Origin: Oscillospiraceae bacterium
GTDB lineage: Bacteria > Bacillota > Clostridia > Oscillospirales > UBA929
DNA: 40,408 bases
NCBI GenBank assembly: GCA_031271525.1
Contig: JAISVO010000041.1
Location: forward strand, 1-40,408
Direction of reading: 5' to 3'
Shown here: positions 18,369 to 26,552 of the stretch, piece by piece
How positions within the stretch are numbered: the first letter of the stretch is position 1
How the letters are laid out: every line of letters starts with the position of its first letter
Program-made: the position numbers and the translations under genes
The notes under the pieces: generated by a model
Database searches by the model: none
Seen by the model: only the letters and a program-made list of their open reading frames with translations
Told to the model about the DNA's origin: nothing

Positions 18369-20435
18369 TTATCTGCTCAAAGATTCCTGAATGGATTTCG
18401 GCAGCTCGACATAGCTGTGCGGCTCCATCGAGTAGACGCCACGCCCCTGAGTGAAGGTGCGTAAGTCCGTAGCGTAACCGAACATTTCCGAAAGCGGGAT
18501 ATGCGCGAGTATTTGGTGCGCGCCCGAGAGGATCTCGGTGCCTTGGATCATCCCCCGGCGGCGGTTGATGTCCCCCATCACGTCGCCCAGATACTCCTCG
18601 GGGACGGTGACAGAAACCAGCATGATCGGCTCCAGCATCACCGGGTCCGCCTTCTTGCAGCCTTCCTTAAAGGCCATCGAAGCCGCGATCTTGAACGCCA
18701 TTTCGGAGGAGTCCACCTCGTGGAAGGAGCCGTCATACAGGGTGACCTTGACGTCCACCACCGGGTAGCCGGCCAGCACGCCTGAGTTCATCGCGCCTTG
18801 GATCCCTTGGTCGATCGCCGGGATATACTCCTTCGGGATGACGCCGCCGACGATCTTGTTGATGAATTCGTAGCCCTTGCCCGATTCGTTCGGTTCGAGG
18901 CGGAGCTTGACATGCCCGTATTGGCCCCGCCCGCCCGACTGCCGGGCGTATTTGTGGTCGACCTCCGCCGTCTTGCGGATCGTCTCCTTGAAGGCGACCG
19001 AGGGTTTGCCGACATTCGCCTCCACCTTGAACTCCCGGAGGAGACGGTCCACGATGATCTCTAAGTGCAGTTCGCCCATTCCGGCGATGATAGTCTGCCC
19101 CGTCTCCTGATCGGTGTACGCCCGGAAGGTCGGATCCTCCTCGCTGAGCTTCTGGAGGGCGACGCCCATCTTCTCCTGACCCGCCTTGGTGCGCGGCTCA
19201 ATCGCCACACGGATGACCGGCTCGGGGAATTCCATCGACTCAAGGACGATCGGCTTCTTCTCCTCGCAGAGGGTGTCGCCGGTGGTGGTGTTCTTCAGCC
19301 CCACCGCCGCCGCGATGTCGCCCGCGTAGACCGTATCGATGTCTTCCCGGTCGTTCGCGTGCATCATCAGGATCCGCCCGAAGCGCTCGCTACGCTTCCT
19401 GTTCGCGTTAAAGACGGACGAACCGGCGGTGATCGAGCCGGAGTAGACTCGGAAGAAGGTCAGCTTTCCGACATACGGGTCGGTCATGACCTTGAACGCC
19501 AGCGCCGAGAAGGGCGCGGAGTCGTCCGAGGGACGCTCCGAGGATTCTTCGGTGTCCGGGTCAATTCCGACCATCGGGGGGATGTCCAGCGGGGACGGCA
19601 TATACGCCACGATGGCGTCCAAGAGGTTCTGTACGCCCTTGTTGCGGTAAGAAGTGCCGCACAGGACAGGCACCAAGTCGTTCGCCAGCACGGCGGACCG
19701 GATGACCGCGTGGATCATTTCGGGCGTCACCGGTTTCTGAGGGTCGAGCACGGCGTCCGCGAGATCGTCGTCGAACATGGTCAAAGCGTCGAGGAGCGCC
19801 TCACGGCAGTCCTCCGCTTCGTCCAGCAGCTCCGCCGGAATGTCCTCCTCCTCGATCTGCTGACCCAGAACATCCTTCGCGACATAAGCGCGCATTGTGA
19901 TCAGGTCGATAACCCCTCGGAAATCCGCTTCCGAACCGATGGGAAGCTGGATGGGGACGGCGTTGCATTTCAGCCGTTCCCGCATCATAGCGACTACATT
20001 GTGGAAATTCGCGCCCATGATGTCCATCTTGTTTACGTAGGCCATACGGGGAACGCCGTAGCGGTCGGCCTGACGCCAAACCGTTTCGGACTGCGGCTCC
20101 ACGCCGCCCTTGGCGCAGAAGACCGTCACCGCGCCGTCCAAGACGCGCAGCGAACGCTCCACCTCCATCGTAAAGTCAACGTGCCCGGGGGTGTCGATGA
20201 TGTTGATGCGGTGATCCTTCCACATCGCCGTGGTGGCGGCCGACGTAATCGTGATCCCGCGTTCCTGCTCCTGCGGCATCCAGTCCATCGTGGCGTTGCC
20301 CTCATGGACCTCGCCCAGCTTGTGGCTGCGTCCCGTGTAGAAGAGGATACGCTCCGTCGTCGTCGTTTTGCCGGCGTCGATGTGCGCCATAATGCCGATA
20401 TTCCGGGTCTTTGCCAGCGGTACTTGCCGTGCCAT
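18369..20435 (-). CDS. fusA: Elongation factor G
   Basis: 688 aa. [35 protein letters not shown]...; full EF-G domain order. Confidence 0.99.
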   Translation of the reverse strand: MARQVPLAKTRNIGIMAHIDAGKTTTTERILFYTGRSHKLGEVHEGNATMDWMPQEQERGITITSAATTAMWKDHRINIIDTPGHVDFTMEVERSLRVLDGAVTVFCAKGGVEPQSETVWRQADRYGVPRMAYVNKMDIMGANFHNVVAMMRERLKCNAVPIQLPIGSEADFRGVIDLITMRAYVAKDVLGQQIEEEDIPAELLDEAEDCREALLDALTMFDDDLADAVLDPQKPVTPEMIHAVIRSAVLANDLVPVLCGTSYRNKGVQNLLDAIVAYMPSPLDIPPMVGIDPDTEESSERPSDDSAPFSALAFKVMTDPYVGKLTFFRVYSGSITAGSSVFNANRKRSERFGRILMMHANDREDIDTVYAGDIAAAVGLKNTTTGDTLCEEKKPIVLESMEFPEPVIRVAIEPRTKAGQEKMGVALQKLSEEDPTFRAYTDQETGQTIIAGMGELHLEIIVDRLLREFKVEANVGKPSVAFKETIRKTAEVDHKYARQSGGRGQYGHVKLRLEPNESGKGYEFINKIVGGVIPKEYIPAIDQGIQGAMNSGVLAGYPVVDVKVTLYDGSFHEVDSSEMAFKIAASMAFKEGCKKADPVMLEPIMLVSVTVPEEYLGDVMGDINRRRGMIQGTEILSGAHQILAHIPLSEMFGYATDLRTFTQGRGVYSMEPHSYVELPKSIQESLSR

Positions 20436-20607
20436 GATTTTTTCTCCTTGCTCTTAGCTATCCCCCGCCCTCGGGCGGGGGACATTCGGTTTAGATTTTT
20501 TTAGGTGTTACCTTTCCTGCGCGCCCGGCTGGCAGCCGCCGAAGCCGATTCAGGCTGCTCCCGCAGGATCGCTATGCCCGCATGGCTTCGTCTCCCTGCC
20601 GGGCGAG

Positions 20608-21078
20608 TTACCACCTGTAGTGCGCAAACGCCTTGTTGGCGTCCGCCATTTTGTGCATGTCTTCGCGCTTTTTCACCGAGGATCCGGTGCTGTTGCTGGC
20701 GTCAAGGATCTCGCCCGCCAGTCTCTCCGCCATCGTCTTTTCGCCGCGGTTGCGGGAATAGCCGATCATCCAGCGGAGAGCCAAGGTCTGACGGCGCTCC
20801 TCGCGCACCTCGATCGGCACTTGATAGGTCGAGCCGCCGACCCGACGGGCCTTGACCTCCAGCGACGGCATTACGTTGCCGACTGCCGCCGTGAAGACAT
20901 CCAACGGTTCTTTGCCGCTCTTCTCGCGGATGATGTCAAACGCTCCGTAGACTACCTTCTGCGCGACCCCCTTCTTGCCGTCGTACATCACGCCGTTGAT
21001 CAGCTTGGTGACGACACGCGAATTGAAGATGGGATCGGGCAGTACATCCCTCTTGGGAACAAATCCTCTTCTTGGCAC
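20608..21078 (-). CDS. rpsG: 30S ribosomal protein S7
   Basis: 156 aa, [20 protein letters not shown]...[11 protein letters not shown] start with a GAGGGAAG SD. Confidence 0.98.
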   Translation of the reverse strand: MPRRGFVPKRDVLPDPIFNSRVVTKLINGVMYDGKKGVAQKVVYGAFDIIREKSGKEPLDVFTAAVGNVMPSLEVKARRVGGSTYQVPIEVREERRQTLALRWMIGYSRNRGEKTMAERLAGEILDASNSTGSSVKKREDMHKMADANKAFAHYRW

Positions 21079-21208
21079 GGTACTTCCCTCGTTTCATAAG
21101 TTGGGTGCCACCCAACATACTCTGAAAGTCAAAGGTACTTCAAAAGGCTTGACTTCCGATTGGTGCCGAGAGGATTACCATAATCTTACTCTCGGCTGAG
21201 ACGCGATG

Positions 21209-21643
21209 CTACTTCTTTCCGGTGGCGGCACCCGGTTTCGGGCGTTTCGCGCCGTACTTGGAGCGTCCTTGGCGGCGGTTGCCGACGCCTTGGGTGTCCA
21301 TTGTCCCGCGGATGATGTGGTAGCGTACGCCGCCGACGTCTTTGACGCGGCCGCCGCGGATCATCACCACGCTGTGCTCTTGCAGGTTATGGCCGACACC
21401 GGGGATATAGGCGCTGACCTCGTAGCCGTTTGACAGGCGTACGCGGGCGACCTTGCGAAGCGCAGAGTTCGGCTTACGGGGGGTCTCGGTGCGCACGTTG
21501 GTGCAGACGCCGCGCTTCTGGGGACTCGGATCGTCGGTCAGTCTTTTGTGCAGGGTGTTTAGACCCTTCTGCAGAGCGGGGGCTTTGGACTTGTAGCCGC
21601 TCTTCTTCCGTCCCTTGCGGACAAGCTGGCTGACTGTTGGCAA
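21209..21643 (-). CDS. rpsL: 30S ribosomal protein S12
   Basis: [13 protein letters not shown]...PQKRGVCT...[19 protein letters not shown]...[18 protein letters not shown] place the start at TTG 21643, 7 nt after AGGAGG. The upstream 105 codons of ORF 21209-21958 run through a tRNA and are not coding. Confidence 0.95.
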   Translation of the reverse strand: MPTVSQLVRKGRKKSGYKSKAPALQKGLNTLHKRLTDDPSPQKRGVCTNVRTETPRKPNSALRKVARVRLSNGYEVSAYIPGVGHNLQEHSVVMIRGGRVKDVGGVRYHIIRGTMDTQGVGNRRQGRSKYGAKRPKPGAATGKK

Positions 21644-21875
21644 TGCTGTTCCTCCTTTCCTATGATGATGTATACCTTTGCGGGGCGGATAAACCTGCCC
21701 GCCGCAGAGATTGACGGGGGGCGGCGCGCTGTCACGCTCCATGCGCGCCTCGCGGGCGCTCGGATAAGCCGTTCTCGTTAAGCCCAAACAATCCGCGCTT
21801 CGCGCTTCCTTGGTTTGGCCAACGCTTCCGCGCCTTATCTTCGCTGCTCGGCGATGGAGCAGCTCTCTCGTTAGA

Positions 21876-21964
21876 TGGCGGAGGGAGTGGGAGTCGAACC
21901 CACGGTCCCTGACGGGAACACCGGTTTTCAAGACCGGCTCCTTAGACCACTCGGACATCCCTCC
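21876..21964 (-). tRNA. tRNA-Ser (anticodon UGA), encoded CCA
   Basis: Reverse complement GGAGGGATGTCCGAGTGGTCTAAGGAGCCGGTCTTGAAAACCGGTGTTCCCGTCAGGGACCGTGGGTTCGACTCCCACTCCCTCCGCCA. It has a 7-bp acceptor stem, anticodon stem CCGGT/ACCGG with loop CTTGAAA, a long variable arm, and a GTGGG-TTCGACT-CCCAC T-arm. Confidence 0.93.
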
Positions 21965-21976
21965 GAGAGGCGCTGA

Positions 21977-22222
21977 TTAGGCCGTAGGGATCAGGTTCAG
22001 CGCAATGGTCAAAACGATAAACAACGCCGCGACCCATTTGGTCATCCGGGCGAGACGCGCGTCCCATGTTTTCGCCTGATTCTTCGTGAGGAACGCGTCG
22101 GCGGCCCCCGCGATCGCGCCGCTTAATCCCGAACGCTTCCCTGACTGGAAAAGCACAACGACAATCAGGAAGACGGACGTGATCACTTGAATGATGGTCA
22201 GCACCAGAGAGACGACTTCCAC
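21977..22222 (-). CDS. secG: Preprotein translocase subunit SecG
   Basis: 81 aa with two TM segments and the motif VVVLFQSGKRSGLSGAIAG. GTG start 10 nt after AAAGGAG. Confidence 0.88.
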   Translation of the reverse strand: MEVVSLVLTIIQVITSVFLIVVVLFQSGKRSGLSGAIAGAADAFLTKNQAKTWDARLARMTKWVAALFIVLTIALNLIPTA

Positions 22223-22288
22223 AGACGCTCAACTCCTTTGGGCTCATTATGCATGAATTCAACACCGCGTTACAGCGGGCAGAAGTGA

Positions 22289-22317
22289 AGTATAGCAGAT
22301 TTTTTCCCCGCTGTCAA
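22289..22317 (-). promoter_or_regulatory. Consensus sigma-A promoter for secG (and possibly tRNA-Ser/rpsL downstream)
   Basis: The minus strand reads TTGACA (22317-22312), 17 nt, TATACT (22294-22289). Confidence 0.65.
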
Positions 22318-22450
22318 CAAAAAATGTGAGATGGGAGAAAACACCGTAAATTCCCCCGTAAATTTCTTAAAAACCGCACAGCTCAATGGTCCCGGTTGAC
22401 GGAAAGGGCGACAGGTTTCACATGGGCGGGTAGTTTTGTGAAAATTTTGC

Positions 22451-22479
22451 TTGACACCGCACCAAAATCATGGTACAAT
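22451..22479 (+). promoter_or_regulatory. Consensus sigma-A promoter of the infC-rpmI-rplT operon
   Basis: TTGACA (22451-22456), 17 nt, TACAAT (22474-22479), with an extended -10 TG (TGgTACAAT). Confidence 0.75.
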
Positions 22480-22485
22480 CCTGAA

Positions 22486-22626
22486 CGTTACAAAATAAAG
22501 CAGGGGACCCCCCTCACCTTACCCCAACGGGCGTAAGGTCTACATCGGAAACTCGGCGCCGAGCGCCGCGTTTCGCCGACGGGGGGGAAACCGCCCGTCT
22601 TTTTTATGTTTTGGAGGTGAATCCAT
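22486..22626 (+). promoter_or_regulatory. Structured leader with intrinsic terminator upstream of infC (L20-leader-type attenuator)
   Basis: The leader is about 140 nt. It contains the hairpins ACCTTACCCC-aac-GGGcGTAAGGT and GGCGC-cga-GCGCC. A terminator GACGGGGGG-gaaa-CCGCCCGTC is followed by TTTTTTAT (22578-22606), immediately before the infC SD. In Firmicutes this position holds the L20-responsive leader. Confidence 0.6.
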
Positions 22627-23142
22627 ATCAGCAACCGGGACCATCAAATCAACGAGGAGATCCGTGACCGAGAGGTGCGCCTGATCGGAGAGGACGGCGC
22701 AGCGCTGGGTATAATGCCGTCGCGCGACGCGCTCAAAATCGCAATCGACCGCGACTTGGATCTTGTCAAGATTGCACCCGCCGCGACCCCGCCCGTCTGC
22801 CGCCTGATGGATTACGGAAAATTCCGCTACGAACAGGCGCAAAAAGAAAAGGAAGCCCGCCGTAACCAGCACATCGTTGAAATCAAGGAAATACGCCTGT
22901 CCTCCACCATCGATGTCCATGACTTCACCTTTAAGCTGAACAACGCGCTCCGCTTCCTCAAAGACGGCGATAAGGTCAAGGTGTCGGTACGGTTCCACGG
23001 ACGCGAACTGGTCCACGCCGATCTGGGCGAAAAACAACTCCTCAAGTTCGCCGAAGGCTGCGCGGACATTGCGGCAATTGAAAAACCTCCCAAGCTGGAG
23101 GGACGGCGTATGTTCATGTTCCTTACGCCACGAGCAAAATAG
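22627..23142 (+). CDS. infC: Translation initiation factor IF-3 (non-AUG start)
   Basis: ...INEEIRDREVRLIGEDGAALGIMPSRDALKIAIDRDLDLVKI...; IF-3 N and C domains. The frame opens after TGA at 22618-22620. ATC at 22627 lies 9 nt after GGAGG (22613-22617). The ORF-track GTG 22675 would delete the conserved INEEIR segment. ATC 22621 is an alternative start. Confidence 0.85.
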   Translation: MSNRDHQINEEIRDREVRLIGEDGAALGIMPSRDALKIAIDRDLDLVKIAPAATPPVCRLMDYGKFRYEQAQKEKEARRNQHIVEIKEIRLSSTIDVHDFTFKLNNALRFLKDGDKVKVSVRFHGRELVHADLGEKQLLKFAEGCADIAAIEKPPKLEGRRMFMFLTPRAK

Positions 23143-23194
23143 AGCACTCCCCTGTTCGGTTAGGAGAATGGGAGCGAGACAGAAAGGAAAAGCC

Positions 23195-23392
23195 ATGCCT
23201 AAGATCAAAACACATTCGGGCGCGAAGAAGCGTTTCAGCCTGACAAAAAGCGGGAAGGTCAAGCGTAAACAGGCCGGTCTCCGCCATCAGCACCATGTCA
23301 AGACAACAAAAGTCAAGCGCAAGCTGCGTGCCGGCGCGTATGCCGACAAGACGAACGAAAAGAACGTCAAAGTGATGATCCCGTATAAATAA
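23195..23392 (+). CDS. rpmI: 50S ribosomal protein L35
   Basis: MPKIKTHSGAKKRFSLTKSGKVKRKQAGLRH..., 65 aa. The start is internal to ORF 23069-23392 and is preceded by AAAGGAAAAG. Confidence 0.95.
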   Translation: MPKIKTHSGAKKRFSLTKSGKVKRKQAGLRHQHHVKTTKVKRKLRAGAYADKTNEKNVKVMIPYK

Positions 23393-23480
23393 CAGAGCCG
23401 CTCTATCGGTTCACAGGGAGACTTGGAGTCCGTGGACCGTACGCGGAGCGTGACAACGACACTGATGGAGGAAGAATACC

Positions 23481-23831
23481 ATGGCCAGAATCAAAGGCGC
23501 GGTTACCACGCGCAAACGGCATAAGAAGATATTAAAGCTTGCGAAGGGCTATTGGGGCGGCAAAAGCAAGCTGTTCCGCACCGCGAACGAAGCGGTCATG
23601 AAGAGCCTGCGCTACGCCTATGTGGGACGCCGCCAGCGCAAACGGGATTTCCGCCGCCTGTGGATCACCCGTATTTCGGCGGGCGCCAAGGCAAACGGGA
23701 TGAACTATTCCCGCTTCATGTACGCCCTCAAGACCCAAGGCGTTACCCTCAACCGCAAGATGCTCGCCGAAATGGCGGTTTACGACAAAGCGGCCTTCGC
23801 TGCCCTAGCGGAGAAAGCCAAGTCGGTATAA
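23481..23831 (+). CDS. rplT: 50S ribosomal protein L20
   Basis: [65 protein letters not shown]... Confidence 0.98.
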   Translation: MARIKGAVTTRKRHKKILKLAKGYWGGKSKLFRTANEAVMKSLRYAYVGRRQRKRDFRRLWITRISAGAKANGMNYSRFMYALKTQGVTLNRKMLAEMAVYDKAAFAALAEKAKSV

Positions 23832-23900
23832 AACACGCCCCCGAACATCGCAAACGGTGTTTGCCGCGGCATATCGCGCGTACTCCGCATCTGTATATGA

Positions 23901-23934
23901 AAACCCGGCGCGGCTAAACAGCCGCGCCGGGTTT
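23901..23934. terminator. Bidirectional intrinsic terminator between rplT and the MCP gene
   Basis: AAACCCGGCGCGGCT-aaac-AGCCGCGCCGGGTTT (15-bp stem), flanked by an A-run and a T-run. Confidence 0.85.
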
Positions 23935-23970
23935 CTTAATCTTGTCCCCTCACATACCGCTGACAGAGCA

Positions 23971-26007
23971 TCAATACTTCCCGAACTCGGCCGGTGCCTC
24001 CGGCAGCTCTCCGCCGTGTGCGCGATGAGAACCAAGACGGGCGTCCTTCAGCTTGAATTGATCGATCAGTTGTTCCAAGATTTCCGCCTGACTGCTCATT
24101 TCCTGCGAAGACGCCGCGCTCTGCTCGGCGGTTGCGCTGTTCTGCTGAATGACATGCGCCACTTGGTCGATCCCCTTGTTGATCTGCTCGATCCCGGTGG
24201 ATTGCTCCTCCGAGCTCCGCGCGATGTCGCCGACGATCCGGCTGCTCTCGTTGATCCCCGCGACGATGTCGTACAGGCTAGCCGCAGTCTCGTCCGCAAT
24301 CCGGGAACCGAACTCCGCCTTTTCGATTGAGTTCGCAATCAGCGCGCCCGTGTCTTTCGCGGCTTCCGAGCTCTTGCTCGCGAGGTTCCGGACCTCCTCT
24401 GCGACGACGGCAAACCCCTTGCCGTGCTGCCCGGCCCGCGCCGCTTCCACCGAGGCGTTAAGGGCTAATATGTTCGTTTGGAAAGCGATGTCCTCGATCG
24501 TCTTAATGACTTTGCCGATACTGCTGCTGGCGTTGTTGATGTCCTTAACCGCAGCGGTCATCTCCGCCATCTGGCGGTTCCCCTTTTCGGCGTTCATCTT
24601 GATCGTGTTGGCGAGTGCCGCTGCTTTTGCGGCCATTTCGGCGTTCATCTTAGTCTTTTGCGCGATTTCGGAGACCGAGGCGGAGAGTTGCTCCACCGAC
24701 GCCGCTTGCTCCGTCGCGCCTTGGGCGAGCGCTTGCGAGCCGTCCGCGAGCTGTTTGGAGCCGTTCGCCACCTGAACGGTGGAGCGGTTGATCTCGGTTA
24801 GGGTGCGGTTCATCCGCTCGTTGATCTTCGCGATCGAGTTGCCGAGCAGGACAAAATCCCCGTAAAACTCAAACGAGCCGTCATGTGAAAAATCGCCGTT
24901 TGAGAACGCTTCCATCCGGTTGACAATCTCCCGGATGTAGCCTTGCAGACGTTCATACGCCTCCTCCAAGGTCTTTGCCATCTGCCCGACCTCGTCTCTC
25001 GACCTCACGCCGATCTTTGAATCGGTTTGGGCGGAGATGCCCAACTCCCCTTGGTCGATCTTCTCGGCGAATTTTCCGATCTTTTTCAGCGGGCCGGACA
25101 CTGAGAACATGCTGTAAATGAACAGGATCAGGATGGCCGCGACCCCGGCGAGCACCGACACCGTGATGACCCAAGTGATCATTTCGCTCTCATGGCTGAG
25201 GATTTCGTCGATATTGACCCCGGCGAACAGCATCCCGATGACGACCCCGTCGCTGATCATCGGCGAATAGTAGACGGTGTACTGTTTGCCAAACAGCGGA
25301 AGGGTTGTGCTGTAGTCCTCGCGCCGGTCAATGACCGTTTCGGCGACTTCGGGGGTCGCCTGTGTGCCTATGACCCGTTCGCCGCTTTCGTCCAGAATGG
25401 TGGTGTTCATCCGGGTATCCCCGTAGAAGATGGTCACTTCGCAGTTGTTCGCTTCTTTGATCTCGTCGACATATTTGGTAAACGACAGGTCGTGGCCGCA
25501 CTTGATCGCCCCGATGATTTTGCCCGTACTGTCGAAGACAGCGGCAGTACCCGCCGTCGTGACGCCGACAGTGGAGCCTTTTTCGATAATCGCGATCCCA
25601 TTTCCGGTGGTCAGCGCCGCCGAAATGGCCTTCTGGCTGCCGAGGTTATCTCCCCGCTTATCGTTATGGACCCTGAGAAGGACGTCCCCCTCGGCGTCTA
25701 CGACCGTGATCAGGTCAAGCCCGGTCCGGAAGGCTTCGACGGCCGCCGCGAGGTTTTCCTCGTTCCTGTATTCCACCGCCCGGATGATGTCCGCGGAAGC
25801 CGCTATCATGTCGGCTCGTTCTTTCGCCTCGCGAGTATACCTTTCCATCGAGCTTACAAGGTTGTTGTTTGCCGACTTCGCCTGATTGTAGGTTAGTGTG
25901 TTGACCAACTCGTCGGTGCGGGCTGTGACGATGAAGACGGTCAGCACGATGATAGCCGCGATCATCAGCGAAACAATAAGAGAAATTTTCAACCCCAGGC
26001 TTTTCAT
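23971..26007 (-). CDS. Methyl-accepting chemotaxis protein (Cache-type sensor, HAMP, MA domain)
   Basis: 678 aa. It has an N-terminal TM, a periplasmic sensor of about 270 aa, a second TM and a HAMP domain. The highly conserved signalling hairpin is [40 protein letters not shown]. Confidence 0.93.
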   Translation of the reverse strand: MKSLGLKISLIVSLMIAAIIVLTVFIVTARTDELVNTLTYNQAKSANNNLVSSMERYTREAKERADMIAASADIIRAVEYRNEENLAAAVEAFRTGLDLITVVDAEGDVLLRVHNDKRGDNLGSQKAISAALTTGNGIAIIEKGSTVGVTTAGTAAVFDSTGKIIGAIKCGHDLSFTKYVDEIKEANNCEVTIFYGDTRMNTTILDESGERVIGTQATPEVAETVIDRREDYSTTLPLFGKQYTVYYSPMISDGVVIGMLFAGVNIDEILSHESEMITWVITVSVLAGVAAILILFIYSMFSVSGPLKKIGKFAEKIDQGELGISAQTDSKIGVRSRDEVGQMAKTLEEAYERLQGYIREIVNRMEAFSNGDFSHDGSFEFYGDFVLLGNSIAKINERMNRTLTEINRSTVQVANGSKQLADGSQALAQGATEQAASVEQLSASVSEIAQKTKMNAEMAAKAAALANTIKMNAEKGNRQMAEMTAAVKDINNASSSIGKVIKTIEDIAFQTNILALNASVEAARAGQHGKGFAVVAEEVRNLASKSSEAAKDTGALIANSIEKAEFGSRIADETAASLYDIVAGINESSRIVGDIARSSEEQSTGIEQINKGIDQVAHVIQQNSATAEQSAASSQEMSSQAEILEQLIDQFKLKDARLGSHRAHGGELPEAPAEFGKY

Positions 26008-26091
26008 ATGTACGTATCCCCTTCATAATATATGCACAAAACTATGTTTGTGCAACAATATTGGTTCGTCACGAACCTTTTCCATGTTATA

Positions 26092-26120
26092 ATTATACCA
26101 ACCCTACCACCTGTTGTCAA
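26092..26120 (-). promoter_or_regulatory. Consensus sigma-A promoter for the MCP gene
   Basis: The minus strand reads TTGACA (26120-26115), 17 nt, TATAAT (26097-26092), with an extended TG. The -35 lies inside the perfect 7-1-7 palindrome CCTGTTGtCAACAGG (26110-26124). Confidence 0.7.
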
Positions 26121-26221
26121 CAGGAAATACGGTGACTTTGTCTCATTTTTTACCACGCTTCTTCCGCACAAAAAACATATTCTTCAAAATACCGTTATAC
26201 CGGCGCTGTGGAAAATTCCCC

Positions 26222-26252
26222 TTGACTTTGACGTCGCGTAAAGCGATATAGT
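26222..26252 (+). promoter_or_regulatory. Promoter with 19-bp spacer upstream of the MerR-like ORF
   Basis: TTGACT (26222-26227), a 19-nt spacer, TATAGT (26247-26252). AAAGGAGGA SD, then ATG 26279. A 19-20 bp spacer is the hallmark of MerR-controlled promoters. Confidence 0.55.
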
Positions 26253-26278
26253 ACCTGTATGAAAGGAGGAGACGGATT

Positions 26279-26491
26279 ATGGAATTGCAAACCATCAGCG
26301 AAGTGAGCAGGCTGTTCGGCGTTTCGACCCGGACACTTCGGTACTATGAACAGATAGGGCTGCTCGCGCCGACCCGGAGGGAGGATTTTTCCTACCGGTC
26401 ATACGACGAAGGGGCTGTCCTCCGACTGCGTCAGATCATTATCCTGCGAAAGCTGCGGATTCCCCTTCGGCAGTCCCCCGGTCCGCGATAA
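26279..26491 (+). CDS. MerR-family winged-HTH domain only (70 aa; truncated, possibly a pseudogene remnant)
   Basis: MELQTISEVSRLFGVSTRTLRYYEQIGLLAPTRREDFSYRSYDEGAVLRLRQIIILRKLRIPL is the canonical MerR N-terminal DNA-binding domain. The ORF stops where the dimerisation helix should begin. There is no room for a C-terminal domain before the convergent gene at 26553. Confidence 0.7.
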   Translation: MELQTISEVSRLFGVSTRTLRYYEQIGLLAPTRREDFSYRSYDEGAVLRLRQIIILRKLRIPLRQSPGPR

Positions 26492-26552
26492 ACGCACACC
26501 GGGGGTATCCGTAGGGGCGAACCGTGTTCGCCCCTAAAGGGGATCGTTTCGT

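Noticed and set aside
19065-20504. 479-aa ORF antisense to fusA
   Set aside because: Same shadow-frame signature (Arg/Gly/Asp/His-rich, no SD), opposite an unmistakable EF-G gene.
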